Below, piece after piece: positions 1 to 9,632 of a stretch of 64,000 bases of DNA; position 1 is the first letter of the stretch, and each line of letters opens with the position of its first letter. The translations under genes and the position numbers were made by a program. Below the pieces are notes generated by a model. That model saw nothing but the letters and a program-made list of their open reading frames with translations, searched no databases and was not told the origin of the DNA. This stretch comes from a virus. Lineage: Duplodnaviria; Caudoviricetes. Where the stretch lies: positions 1 to 64,000 of IMG/VR virus record IMGVR_UViG_3300025606_000003, one strand, 5' to 3'.

Positions 1-2948
1 CCTGTGTTACTGCTCCCGCCTGTATTGCTGCTTTCAGTTGTGCCGCTGCTTTCAGTCGTGCCGCTGCTGCCGCCTGTACCGCTGCTGGTAGTCGTGGTAC
101 TGCTTTCAGTCGTGCCGCTGCTGCCGGTGGACGGCGCGCTGCTTCCTGATGTCCCGCTACTGCCAGTAGACGTTGAGCTGCTTTCAAACGCGCTGCTGCT
201 GGGCGGCGCCGCGCTGCTGGACACTGTGCCGCTGGACGGCGTACCGCTGCTGGAAACGGCGCCGCTGCTTGTCAGCGTGCTGCTGCTGTAAGGCGCGCTG
301 CTGTCAGATGTTGCGCTACTAGACGGCGTAATACTGCTCGAAACCTCACTGCTTGCCGACGAATTACCGCTCGACGGCAAGTTGCTGGACAAGCCGCTGC
401 TCGCGGTTGACGTCGTGCTTTCGTTCGTAGAGGTATAGCTGCCGCTCGATACGCCGCCGCTGCTGCTTGAGGGCAGGCTGCTGCTAGACACCAGACTGTT
501 GCTGGACGGCAGGCTACTGCTGCTGCTAGACACCAGACTGCTGCTGGACGGCAGGCTACTGCTGTTGTTGCTGCTGTTGCTTGACGAGCTACTACTCGGC
601 CGCGAGCTGCTGCTGTTGCTCGAAGAGACGCCGCTGCTGGACGAAGATTTGCTGCTGGAGCAGCCGCCGTTAACGAATACTTCAACATCTTTTGGCGCAA
701 AAGGAATGACAACTTTACGGTCTGCAGAATTTGTCAGTTTGCTGTAATACGGTGTTTGACGCGAGTCAACAATTTTGTTGATCCACACGTGGCAGGCCAC
801 GTCTGTGTCTACAACCGTATACTCAAAGTAAAACGCAGTAGCCAGCGTGTTTAGCGCTGGATCAACAAGATCAGCCAATCTTTTATCGGCGCCGTCTTTG
901 TCAAACGCAAACTCAAGCTGCAGTTGTTCAAGCGCTTTGGCGCCGCGATTTTTGGGGCTGTTGAAATTAACAACAAACCGCATTTTTTGGCCGGGCACAA
1001 ACGTCGGCGTGTCTGTTAAAAACGCGCGCGGCCGCGCAGGCGGCACAGCTGTAAAAGCGGCGCGCATCGCCATTGGCGAGCTTACAAGCTCAACTTCTGA
1101 ATCGACTGGGCAGCACTCGCTGCAATCTGGGATGGCCCCAACAAGTTTGAAATTGTATGTGTTTGGTTCGGCTTCGGGTTCTGTGATCTGCAGCGTTAAC
1201 GTCGGTTCTTCGCCGCACGCTGTTGTGGTAATTTCAGATTCTTGTTCAACAAGATTTACGGGCCGTTCAGGTGATTCAAGCGTGAACGTGTAATGCTTGT
1301 CTTGGCAACCTGACGGACCGCTAGACGCAACTTCTACGGTTAGTTTTGGCTTATCTCGACCCGGCGAAGATGTGTTGACGCATGTTGCTGTAATTTCAGG
1401 CGTGCACTGCGCAGCCACGCCTACAGCAACCGCCATGACATATTCGCACGGCATATCCGGCGCTGTCGGCGCCGTTTTTGTAATAACTACCGCGCCTGTT
1501 GGTCCAGATGCTGTGTATACCGACACGGTGCCCGTAATCGTCGGGCAGGGCCTTGGCGGTGGAAATTCTGCGTCAAGATTGATCCGATACGCGCAACCAG
1601 TTGCGCCGGGTCCGCTAACAGAGAATGCGAATGTCGGCGCTGACCGGCCTGGCGTGACAATTACGGTTGACGTTGCAGTAATTTCTGGTGTGCACGGCGT
1701 AGGTACGCCGACACCCATTGTTAACGCAAACACACATTCGCCGTTCGGGCCAGTCGTTGGCGCGGCGCTTAAAAATCCAGTAGGTGTTGCTGCGTGGTAA
1801 ACCGCGCCTGTGGCAGTAATTTCTGGTGTGCATGGCGGCGGCGGCATCTCAAGCTGTAAATTGAAATCAAACTTGCAACCAGAGACCCCCGTGACGCCAA
1901 ATACGAGTGTGGGCGACGAACGCCCCGGTGTAACTATAACGCTGCCGGCCGCAGTAATTTCGGGGCACGGCGCTCTAGGTACGCCAATTTCAACGCCGAG
2001 CTCAAACTCACAAGTTCCGGGCGTGTTCGACAACGGTTCAATCGTGATTGCGCCGGTAACCTGGCCGTTATCAGTCAAGTAGGCACTGAACACGCCAGTG
2101 ATGACCGGACATCCGGGCGGCGGCAGATCAACTTCCAGGTCGATGTCGAACGTGCACTCGTCCGCCGCTGAACAGCCGTGCTGCACTACGGTTTTGTTGA
2201 CCGAAAAATCCAGCCGCGGGATCGTTACAGCCGGACTATAAACGAGTGCGCCCGTTACGTTGATCGAGGGGCACGGCGGCTTTGGGATAGGGATATCAAG
2301 ATCTAGCGCCAGTGCAAATTGACAGCTATCGTTTGTACTGCAGTCTCCGGGAATGACTTCTTTGATTACGTACAGCGAGCCTTGCGGTCCAGGTACGCAG
2401 TCGTCGTAGCCGACGTTTACGTTAACTGGGCCGCCCTCAATGGTCGGGCACAGGGCGGGCGGGATCGGAATCGCGATATCCAAATCAATCGCAAATTCGC
2501 ACGCGGCGGCGCTGCTGCAATTGCCAGGCCGCGTTGTTTTTGTGACCCGCAGCTCGCCTGTTGGCCCCGTGATGGCACAGCCAGGCCGCGCAATCTTGAC
2601 GTCGACGCCTACGCTGCCCCCCGTAATGTCAGGGCACGGGGGCTTCGGAATCGGGATATCAAGATCCAGATCGATCAAAAAACGACAGGCCGCGTTGTCT
2701 ACCTTCGTGACAAACAACGAACCCTGCGCCGGCCCCACGCAATCTTCGTAGCCAACGTTTACCTTAACTGGGCCGCCCTCGATCGTCGGACACGGCACCG
2801 GAGGGTCGCGCGGCGTTAGCGGCGGCGTGCAATCGAATATGGGCGGCGGGGCGGGCGCAATCGAGCAATCCGATACAAAGTCAAAATCCAGACTTGGTAC
2901 CGAGCCGATATTGTCGCACTTGTTTGGATCAAAAAGCGGAGCTGCCAT
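1..2948 (-). CDS. Long Cys/Pro-repeat, Ser-rich putative tail fibre/adhesin (partial, >=982 aa, runs off the left edge; not in the ORF track)
   Basis: ATG at 2948 overlaps the upstream stop (TAATG). Hand translation gives MAAPLFDPNKCDNIG..., then repeated CP/CTP-x-I...C-x-F modules, then a Ser/Thr/Gly low-complexity tract. The frame was spot-checked as open at ~2520-2640, ~720-780 and 3-60. Confidence 0.8.
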   Translation of the reverse strand, partial: MAAPLFDPNKCDNIGSVPSLDFDFVSDCSIAPAPPPIFDCTPPLTPRDPPVPCPTIEGGPVKVNVGYEDCVGPAQGSLFVTKVDNAACRFLIDLDLDIPIPKPPCPDITGGSVGVDVKIARPGCAITGPTGELRVTKTTRPGNCSSAAACEFAIDLDIAIPIPPALCPTIEGGPVNVNVGYDDCVPGPQGSLYVIKEVIPGDCSTNDSCQFALALDLDIPIPKPPCPSINVTGALVYSPAVTIPRLDFSVNKTVVQHGCSAADECTFDIDLEVDLPPPGCPVITGVFSAYLTDNGQVTGAITIEPLSNTPGTCEFELGVEIGVPRAPCPEITAAGSVIVTPGRSSPTLVFGVTGVSGCKFDFNLQLEMPPPPCTPEITATGAVYHAATPTGFLSAAPTTGPNGECVFALTMGVGVPTPCTPEITATSTVIVTPGRSAPTFAFSVSGPGATGCAYRINLDAEFPPPRPCPTITGTVSVYTASGPTGAVVITKTAPTAPDMPCEYVMAVAVGVAAQCTPEITATCVNTSSPGRDKPKLTVEVASSGPSGCQDKHYTFTLESPERPVNLVEQESEITTTACGEEPTLTLQITEPEAEPNTYNFKLVGAIPDCSECCPVDSEVELVSSPMAMRAAFTAVPPARPRAFLTDTPTFVPGQKMRFVVNFNSPKNRGAKALEQLQLEFAFDKDGADKRLADLVDPALNTLATAFYFEYTVVDTDVACHVWINKIVDSRQTPYYSKLTNSADRKVVIPFAPKDVEVFVNGGCSSSKSSSSSGVSSSNSSSSRPSSSSSSNSSNNSSSLPSSSSLVSSSSSSLPSSNSLVSSSSLPSSSSGGVSSGSYTSTNESTTSTASSGLSSNLPSSGNSSASSEVSSSITPSSSATSDSSAPYSSSTLTSSGAVSSSGTPSSGTVSSSAAPPSSSAFESSSTSTGSSGTSGSSAPSTGSSGTTESSTTTTSSGTGGSSGTTESSGTTESSNTGGSSNT
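481..564. repeat. 42-bp tandem duplication (one mismatch) within the Ser-rich tract
   Basis: ctgctagacaccagactg(t/c)tgctggacggcaggctactgctg occurs at 481 and at 523. Confidence 0.85.
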
Positions 2949-3910
2949 TATGCGCCTCCGCCAGCCGCGCAATTTCCTGCGATATTGTTTGTGGCCAGCG
3001 CTACGCGCACGGTATGAGTAGCCGGATCTGTTGTAATTGTGACGCCGGTGTCGTGACTAATATTGACGTTGGCGCCGCCGACGCCATTGATGGTGGCAAT
3101 CAATTCATTGCACGCCGGACCGCCGCTGAAAAACTTGCTGTCTGGCGGCAGCGGCTCGTCTTGATACAGCGGCAGCTCGCCGCCATATTGGCACTGTTCG
3201 GCGTCGAGCGGTGTGCCACCGTTTTTTTCTGCGCCGACGCGCAGCTCGTTTGTCCGATCTAGTTGCCGAATTTTGCAGTTGTAACCTTCTCGAACTTTTA
3301 GGTTGCCCTGCATGCACCGCGCGTTCACGATAATATGCCGGGTCGTGTCTCCGACACTGTCACTGCACTCTGAGTATTCGTCGCCTGTTGGCGGCAGCGC
3401 CAGCACTCGGCTAAAGTTACCCAGATTTACAGACCGCACATAACTGCGGACTAAGCTCTGCAGCCGGGCCGGTTCAATTACCCGGTCGTCTGCCGAAAAC
3501 GTGATCGTTTGTCCGGACTCGAGCCATTCGGATAGTGCCGTCAACGGGCCCGTGACTAAAAACCCCTCCCACACGGGCGCGGCGTCGCAACCTTCTTCGG
3601 TGGTTTCGTCATCTGAGCTGGCGTATTCGTTTTCCCACGGCAGCGCGGTTTCAGCGCGTTCAAACACCAACGGAATTTCAGCAGCGCCCGGCGCGTTGGT
3701 CGAAAACGTGAATGTGTAGAGACCGCCAGCTCTAGAAATAGACGACAGCCAGACCCGGTGTAAGCTGGCGTCAAAACCGCTAGTCAGGCCAAGAATGAAT
3801 CCGGCGTCGACAACAGTCGAATCCGGCAGGGCCGGGCCGGTATAGTTTGCGATATAGATGAACGGGTATGCGCGATACTCGTTGTCGTTGTAAAACCCGG
3901 GCTGCGGCAT
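2948..3910 (-). CDS. Cys-rich tail/baseplate protein, paralogue 5 of 5
   Basis: 320 aa. N-terminal FYNDNEYRAYPF and C-terminal IATINGV motifs are shared with its neighbours. Confidence 0.7.
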   Translation of the reverse strand: MPQPGFYNDNEYRAYPFIYIANYTGPALPDSTVVDAGFILGLTSGFDASLHRVWLSSISRAGGLYTFTFSTNAPGAAEIPLVFERAETALPWENEYASSDDETTEEGCDAAPVWEGFLVTGPLTALSEWLESGQTITFSADDRVIEPARLQSLVRSYVRSVNLGNFSRVLALPPTGDEYSECSDSVGDTTRHIIVNARCMQGNLKVREGYNCKIRQLDRTNELRVGAEKNGGTPLDAEQCQYGGELPLYQDEPLPPDSKFFSGGPACNELIATINGVGGANVNISHDTGVTITTDPATHTVRVALATNNIAGNCAAGGGA

Positions 3911-3911
3911 A

Positions 3912-4682
3912 CTACACCACCTTTCGGCCGACGGCGTCTATTTTAATGTTTCCGTCCTGCACGAATACCCGCAGCACCGTATCTGTGGCGCCGTGAGCTG
4001 TGGCCGTAAGTGTAAAGTTACCAAATTCGTCTGGCCCGCAACCGTTAATGGTTTTGACGAATCGGCGGGATTGAAACCGGTCGTACGGCGCGCAAAGATA
4101 TCTTTGAAACAGCGGCTCTCCGGTGATGTCCACACGAATAACGTCGGGGGCCGCCTGGCGCACCATCACCCCGCGGTCGCCGACAAGCCAAACGTCTTCG
4201 GTCAACAGTTCGGCTGTCTCTGTGGTCAGCCCGCGCACGCCAGGCGATTTCACCGGAATAACAACGCTTGCGACAAACTGCGCCGACGCGGGCCTAAATG
4301 TGTGCGTCTCCGCCGGCCACGCGGCAAAACGCGCCAGCCCCAGTTGCGTTGAGAGCAGCATGCCGCACGGCCGGCCCAGTGTGTCCAGCAGAGTTACGAC
4401 GCCGTCCGCCGGCGGGTTGAGCGCGCTAAATGTACCTGCGGCCCTAGTTTTAGACCCGACGTCTCCAATCCCGATGGTGACCTCAACAGCTGTCACAGTC
4501 ACTGACGAAATGTAGGTTTGGTGATCGCCGTCAATGACGTACAACGAGGCGTCAATGAATGTGTCGCGGCCGATATCGAGCTGGCGTTCGACAGACAGCA
4601 GACTGGCTGTGTCGGCAAACGGGTACCGCGAGTCGGCCTGCTCGTCGCGAAACTGCGGAAATAAGATGCGGGCGTCAGCCAT
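3912..4682 (-). CDS. Tail/baseplate protein, paralogue 4 of 5
   Basis: 256 aa. QFRDEQADSRYPF and KTINGCGPDEFGNFTL motifs. Confidence 0.7.
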   Translation of the reverse strand: MADARILFPQFRDEQADSRYPFADTASLLSVERQLDIGRDTFIDASLYVIDGDHQTYISSVTVTAVEVTIGIGDVGSKTRAAGTFSALNPPADGVVTLLDTLGRPCGMLLSTQLGLARFAAWPAETHTFRPASAQFVASVVIPVKSPGVRGLTTETAELLTEDVWLVGDRGVMVRQAAPDVIRVDITGEPLFQRYLCAPYDRFQSRRFVKTINGCGPDEFGNFTLTATAHGATDTVLRVFVQDGNIKIDAVGRKVV

Positions 4683-4684
4683 GA

Positions 4685-6379
4685 CTAGCTCTCAAGAATT
4701 CGGAATGAGTTGAAATACGTGTAAGCCCGATTGCTGAATAACCCTGCCTGCCCAATCGGGTCGCCGTAATTTTCAATCGGCACAGCAAACGTCACAGTCG
4801 GCGCGGTTCCGTCGAGCGACTCTGCTTCGACGTGCACTACCGCGCTTGTGCCAACAATTTCTGGCCGCGCCGATAGCCTGTACCACTTGTTGACGTATGT
4901 TTTCAATCTGGCTGAGTATTCCAGCACGAACTGCGCCCCGTTGTAGCGCAGCAGCCGCAGCGCGGATTGGTCTGCGTCAATGACCGCTGCAAAATACGTG
5001 GTCGGAATACGCAGCGGCGTGTAGCCGGGCAGATAGTTCAAAACCAAACCGCCGTTCTTGCTCAACCCGTCCGCCGTGATAAACAACTCTGTGCTGATTG
5101 TGCGGCCGGCGGCCCAGTCGCTGGCGCAGTTTTTGTAGAGTGACAGGTTGACACCGACAATGTTGGCTGAGGCGTACGTGTAATGTGTTGAGTACGTTAT
5201 GGACGCATTCAGCACGTCGCTGAAATGCCAATTCTCCGCCAGCGATGAACTCAACGAGTTTTCTGGGCACGCGTCTGGTGCTTCCAGCGAGTCAAAAACG
5301 AAAAGCCCCTCTTTGACAACAAAATTAGGGGCGGCGCCGTGCGTGAACTTCACGCACAACGGCAGCGCTGCGCAAATTGACGAAAAGCTTTGATCCGGTA
5401 AGCTAATCGACGACTGCACGTCTGGCGGCTGCGGTTGCTCTGGAATTTGAGTAACCGGGTTGTACCAGTATGCGTCGTCAGAATTTGCGCTCGGGTTGCA
5501 GTCGTCGGCGTAGCGCCGCCGGCTTTTTGTTACGCCGCGGTTGCACGCCTCAGACAGGCCTGTGTCTGTGATGATGTCGATTCCGTCGCACGTCCATATG
5601 GCCTCCGACTGCCCGACGCGCTGGATGTTTTCGCGAATCTCATAGCCTGTGAAACCGTCTAACACCAGGTTGATGTTGCCGTCGCAATCAGGAATCACGC
5701 CGTTAATGGTTTCAATCGGCGGTTTTGGGCATGTGCCGCTTTCCGGGCGCTGCCCACACGGGCCAAGAAAGTATTCCAACGGATTGCGACCTTCAATGTC
5801 GCCTTCAAGGCGCAACACGATTGCCGGCGTGTCGACGCCGTCGATTGGGTGTACCTCGTATTGCGCTGTCACCGGAGCCAGCCCGGAAATTTTGATCACG
5901 CCGTCAAGCGTCGTTGCAAGGTTTTCTTTACCCAGCGTTTGAACTGGCAGCGGCTGATATGCGCGGGCACAACGCGGCAAAATTAAAGATTGCGCGGGCG
6001 TGCTGTACCTACCAATGAACGGCGTATCAATACCGCGGCCGAAAACAACCCAACCAGCAACTCCTGGCAAAACCCCAGTAACGGCATAATGCACGTTAGC
6101 TGTTACTGGTCGCGGTGCCGTGACAGCTGCCACAATTGTTGTTTCTGTCGCGGCCGGGTTATCCGCCACGCCGAAAACTACTGTGACCACATTTGGCGCT
6201 ACAGTGATGCCTTGTACAAAAACATACCGACCTAGCGTAATCGGAAAGCGCAGGTGACAATCCACGAGAATATCGTCGCGGATCGTGCTGCCAGCGTCGT
6301 CTTCGCCCGTACTGGTTTCGTCCAGCGGATAACGCCGTGAAGCCTGCAGGTCGTACCAGTTTTGATTGCGTGTAGACAT
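4685..6379 (-). CDS. Cys-rich tail protein, paralogue 3 of 5, with C-terminal lectin-like beta-sandwich
   Basis: 564 aa. NWYDLQASRRYPL and ETINGVIPDCDGNINL motifs. The C-terminus (GGLVLNY...KWYRL...GQAGLF...YFNSF) resembles concanavalin-type domains. Confidence 0.65.
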   Translation of the reverse strand: MSTRNQNWYDLQASRRYPLDETSTGEDDAGSTIRDDILVDCHLRFPITLGRYVFVQGITVAPNVVTVVFGVADNPAATETTIVAAVTAPRPVTANVHYAVTGVLPGVAGWVVFGRGIDTPFIGRYSTPAQSLILPRCARAYQPLPVQTLGKENLATTLDGVIKISGLAPVTAQYEVHPIDGVDTPAIVLRLEGDIEGRNPLEYFLGPCGQRPESGTCPKPPIETINGVIPDCDGNINLVLDGFTGYEIRENIQRVGQSEAIWTCDGIDIITDTGLSEACNRGVTKSRRRYADDCNPSANSDDAYWYNPVTQIPEQPQPPDVQSSISLPDQSFSSICAALPLCVKFTHGAAPNFVVKEGLFVFDSLEAPDACPENSLSSSLAENWHFSDVLNASITYSTHYTYASANIVGVNLSLYKNCASDWAAGRTISTELFITADGLSKNGGLVLNYLPGYTPLRIPTTYFAAVIDADQSALRLLRYNGAQFVLEYSARLKTYVNKWYRLSARPEIVGTSAVVHVEAESLDGTAPTVTFAVPIENYGDPIGQAGLFSNRAYTYFNSFRILES

Positions 6380-6382
6380 GTG

Positions 6383-7912
6383 TTACTGCTGGCATTCCAG
6401 TGTGTTGCCGTTCTCATCGCAGCTGAGCGCCGCAGAATCACTTCCGTACGCAAACGAAGTCGGGTCAGACGGCTCAAGCAGAATCGGCGCGCCGTCAAGT
6501 TCGCCGGTTAAATTAACAGTTACAGCATACGGATAGTTGTTTGGGGTGAGGCGTAACCTAAACTTGACGTAAGCCGAATTACCGACGTCCACAGGCGGCA
6601 ACGTAGCCGAGAAAACTGGCCACGCGCCATCAATGGCGAACGGTTTACCGGCCACGCCAGGCGCGTACATTGTGGTATGGCCGCAAACCAGTTCAGCAGT
6701 TGCGTTATCCGGATACGTTGAAAAATTTGCTGTCATGGTGACAGATTGTGCGCACCGCTGCTGTTGGTTGCAAAACATCAAAACCACATCGAGCAACGGG
6801 CAGAACTGCGGCGTCAAAAAGGCGCGCAATGGTTTTTGCAGTCGGCAGTCTCGTTGCGTCACCCAGCGCTCGATGTTGTTTTCGTGCAACAATTTGGCTT
6901 CATGTGTGCGGGCGCCAATTTTTTTGTACCGATTGCGGACTCGGTTCATATACAACGCCGTCTCGCGATAATCCGGGCAATCGCAGCACGCCGGGCAATT
7001 GCTGCCGATTGCAATAACAGGCGCCGAGTTGGCGTAAATAGGCGTAACAACGCCCGGCGCGACGAGCGCCGTGGGGCGCCGTGTCCACAGGCAGTCGCCA
7101 GATGTAATTGTGAAGTCCCCGTATTCATTTGCGCGCGCGCCGCCAATTGAATAAATCGGCGATGTCGCATCTGCGGTACAGTCGGCGTATTTTCCGGTTC
7201 CGGCTCCGGGTTCGGCTATAAAGGTAATCTGTGTTTCGTTTCTGACGCCGGCCGCGGCTAACGCCGCGGTAGCCAGCCGGATGTTGTTGCCGCCACCAAA
7301 GATAATGCCGGTACGTTTGCCGGGGTCCAGCGTCAACGCGCCGCTTTTAACGCGGAGTGACTTCAGCCGCTTTGGCATTCGTGTAACTGTGCGCTCGTCC
7401 AATACGGCGCTTTCAGGAACTAAATGCGCAGGCCAATTGCGCGGGGCGGGCTCGTCGGTCGGTTGCCAAGTTTTGTAGACAACCAGGCGGCACACAGCGT
7501 TGTTACCGATCCACTCGTAAATATCGTAGTCGGGGCCCCAGGCGCGCGTATCAAATTTGTGGTATGTACTGTCGCCGCCTGCCGGCACCAGCTGTGTCGA
7601 GTCAAACACGGTTTGGTCATTGGCGTCGACGATAAGAATATCGGCGGCGTGCACAGGTGTCGGCGCCCACGCTGGGGCAGACGCCGGCGCGCAACCCACG
7701 CCGTAAAGCCACTTCACGCGCAGCGGGTGCTCAGCAGCCGGCACATCTGTGCGGTAGAGCCCCGGGTCGTCATACGCCAGGTAGAAGTCGGCGAATAGAT
7801 ATCTAACGTCGTCCGATGGCGCAACAAACGGGTAGTCCAGTCCGCTCTGTGGCTGGACCACACCAATTCCGCGGCGGCCTTTGGGCGATTCTGTGAACTC
7901 GTCGCAACTCAT
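6383..7912 (-). CDS. Cys-rich tail protein, paralogue 2 of 5
   Basis: 509 aa. GLDYPF, IYSIGGARANEYGDFTI, and CPACCDC followed by a helical segment. Confidence 0.65.
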   Translation of the reverse strand: MSCDEFTESPKGRRGIGVVQPQSGLDYPFVAPSDDVRYLFADFYLAYDDPGLYRTDVPAAEHPLRVKWLYGVGCAPASAPAWAPTPVHAADILIVDANDQTVFDSTQLVPAGGDSTYHKFDTRAWGPDYDIYEWIGNNAVCRLVVYKTWQPTDEPAPRNWPAHLVPESAVLDERTVTRMPKRLKSLRVKSGALTLDPGKRTGIIFGGGNNIRLATAALAAAGVRNETQITFIAEPGAGTGKYADCTADATSPIYSIGGARANEYGDFTITSGDCLWTRRPTALVAPGVVTPIYANSAPVIAIGSNCPACCDCPDYRETALYMNRVRNRYKKIGARTHEAKLLHENNIERWVTQRDCRLQKPLRAFLTPQFCPLLDVVLMFCNQQQRCAQSVTMTANFSTYPDNATAELVCGHTTMYAPGVAGKPFAIDGAWPVFSATLPPVDVGNSAYVKFRLRLTPNNYPYAVTVNLTGELDGAPILLEPSDPTSFAYGSDSAALSCDENGNTLECQQ

Positions 7913-7924
7913 GGTGCCCCTCGG

Positions 7925-8881
7925 TTAGCATGTGCTGCAGCCGGTATCGCCCAGGCGGCTCCCCAGAACAACCAGGGACATCTGCGTCACTTCTGAACTC
8001 AGCCGCGTCACAAAGCTCTGCAGAGTTGTTACACCATCGCCAAAGCGATCGATCTGCGTTGTAATAGCGTCAAGCTCTGTACACCCGCAGCACGGTTGCG
8101 CGCAGGTGTCAGACAAAAACAAACCGCCAGTGACTCGCGCAACATCGACGCACTCGCCTTGGTTGATCTGAAAGTTGCCGTCCTTGCTGCATTCGCCGTT
8201 GATGCACCGAATACACGTTCCCGTGTCATGCACGTCGCAGAAGCAATCTTCGTTAAGATTCAGCCCTGAAATGGCGCTGAACGTGATTGTCGGATCTTCG
8301 TTCTCTTGAGTGGTCAACCCAAGCCGCATGTTCGTCCCGGCGGTCAAAATGACGTCGCCGTAAATCGGCGCGCTCACTTCGCCGCTGTTCGAGATTCGCA
8401 GCCGTGTCACGGCCCGGATGTTCGGCACAATGGCGTCTGGCTCGAGCTGGCCGGCTGCGGGCGAGAAAAAATACCGGCCGGGCGGTAGCGCGTCGATCTC
8501 GTCAAGCCGGCCAATCACGATTTGCCCGATGGTGTCGGCAAAATCGTCAATGCCGCCGAGCGCGTAAGCTCTGTTTGGCGAGTACGTGCTCTTTGCAATA
8601 TTGGCTGCTGCAATATCTGGGTTGTCTTCTGTATTCGTTTCGCCGGCGTCATAGCCGATGGTGATGTTGTAACCGGTCGGCGCCAACAGCAGACTTTTGA
8701 TGTAGAACTTCTCGGGCGCGATGTTCAGCCCGGCGTTCACGGGCAGTTTCAGCGCCACGATAAAGCTGTCCGGCAACCGAATCGTGTTCAGCGTGTCTGT
8801 TTTGCTAGCGCGCTCAGTCAGCGGATAAGACCGCTGCGAGTTGTGGTTGAGCCACTGCAGATTCCATAGGCCCAAACTCAT
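7925..8881 (-). CDS. Cys-rich tail protein, paralogue 1 of 5
   Basis: 318 aa. WLNHNSQRSYPL, IRCINGECSKDGNFQI, and CAQPCCGC followed by a coiled coil. Confidence 0.7.
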   Translation of the reverse strand: MSLGLWNLQWLNHNSQRSYPLTERASKTDTLNTIRLPDSFIVALKLPVNAGLNIAPEKFYIKSLLLAPTGYNITIGYDAGETNTEDNPDIAAANIAKSTYSPNRAYALGGIDDFADTIGQIVIGRLDEIDALPPGRYFFSPAAGQLEPDAIVPNIRAVTRLRISNSGEVSAPIYGDVILTAGTNMRLGLTTQENEDPTITFSAISGLNLNEDCFCDVHDTGTCIRCINGECSKDGNFQINQGECVDVARVTGGLFLSDTCAQPCCGCTELDAITTQIDRFGDGVTTLQSFVTRLSSEVTQMSLVVLGSRLGDTGCSTC

Positions 8882-9618
8882 TATCCTGCCCTCCCGGCGC
8901 GATATTGAGCTTTACGCCTACGACGATTGCACTCACGACAGTAAGCAGCTAGGCCGGACGCGGTATGGTTATCTCGATTAAAATCTGCCGCCTGTTTGTA
9001 ATTGCGGCATTTTGAGCACCACACAAGCGACTGCGCTACCTTCTTAGGCCGTGGCGCGGGAAGATGCGCTGTCTTTGTCAGCCACTCCTCCCTGGGCGTA
9101 TTGGCGTGACGGCATTCCCAGCCTTTATGGTGCCGTTGTTTGCCGACAGCAATCTTGTTCATTGCTGTGCTTGTTAAGTTGTGCAGCGCGCAGAAACGCG
9201 AAAGATTAGTGATCGTCGTTTCTACCCCAACAGGATCGCGCACAATAAAACTTTTGGCTTTTGCTTTTACTATGGCGGCTCTAGCTTTTTCCGATTGCGG
9301 AACACCTAACGTTGATCCCGCCTTCAATGCCAGATTGAAACCATAATGCTTATTGGTGGCGCGCAGTGTGTCGATCCAGAACTGCTCTCTTTCCAACAGC
9401 GTGCCTTTGTCGCATGGCTCAATTACTGAATACACGAACCCCGCCTCGCCGTATTTATTCCAGGCGTGTTGAAGATATGTGTTGTAGTGGCGATTTTTGC
9501 GCAACGATGGAAGATGCCTGGCGTACCAGCGGCGATACGTATTTACGCTACTTCCGACATAGACTTTGCCTGTTGAAGTGCAGGTAATTTTGTAAATACC
9601 CGGCGTGTTCGGCACCAT
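8881..9618 (-). CDS. Free-standing GIY-YIG homing endonuclease with C-terminal Cys zinc-binding region
   Basis: GIYKI...VYVGSS...RRW...LEREQFWID...GFN motifs; C-terminal CSKC...CREC. Confidence 0.9.
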   Translation of the reverse strand: MVPNTPGIYKITCTSTGKVYVGSSVNTYRRWYARHLPSLRKNRHYNTYLQHAWNKYGEAGFVYSVIEPCDKGTLLEREQFWIDTLRATNKHYGFNLALKAGSTLGVPQSEKARAAIVKAKAKSFIVRDPVGVETTITNLSRFCALHNLTSTAMNKIAVGKQRHHKGWECRHANTPREEWLTKTAHLPAPRPKKVAQSLVWCSKCRNYKQAADFNRDNHTASGLAAYCRECNRRRRKAQYRAGRAG

Positions 9619-9632
9619 AACTGCTCACACGT

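Noticed and set aside
4-747. Poly-Leu plus-strand ORFs and CTG-like repeats
   Set aside because: These are the antisense shadow of the AGC (Ser) codons of the real minus-strand gene.
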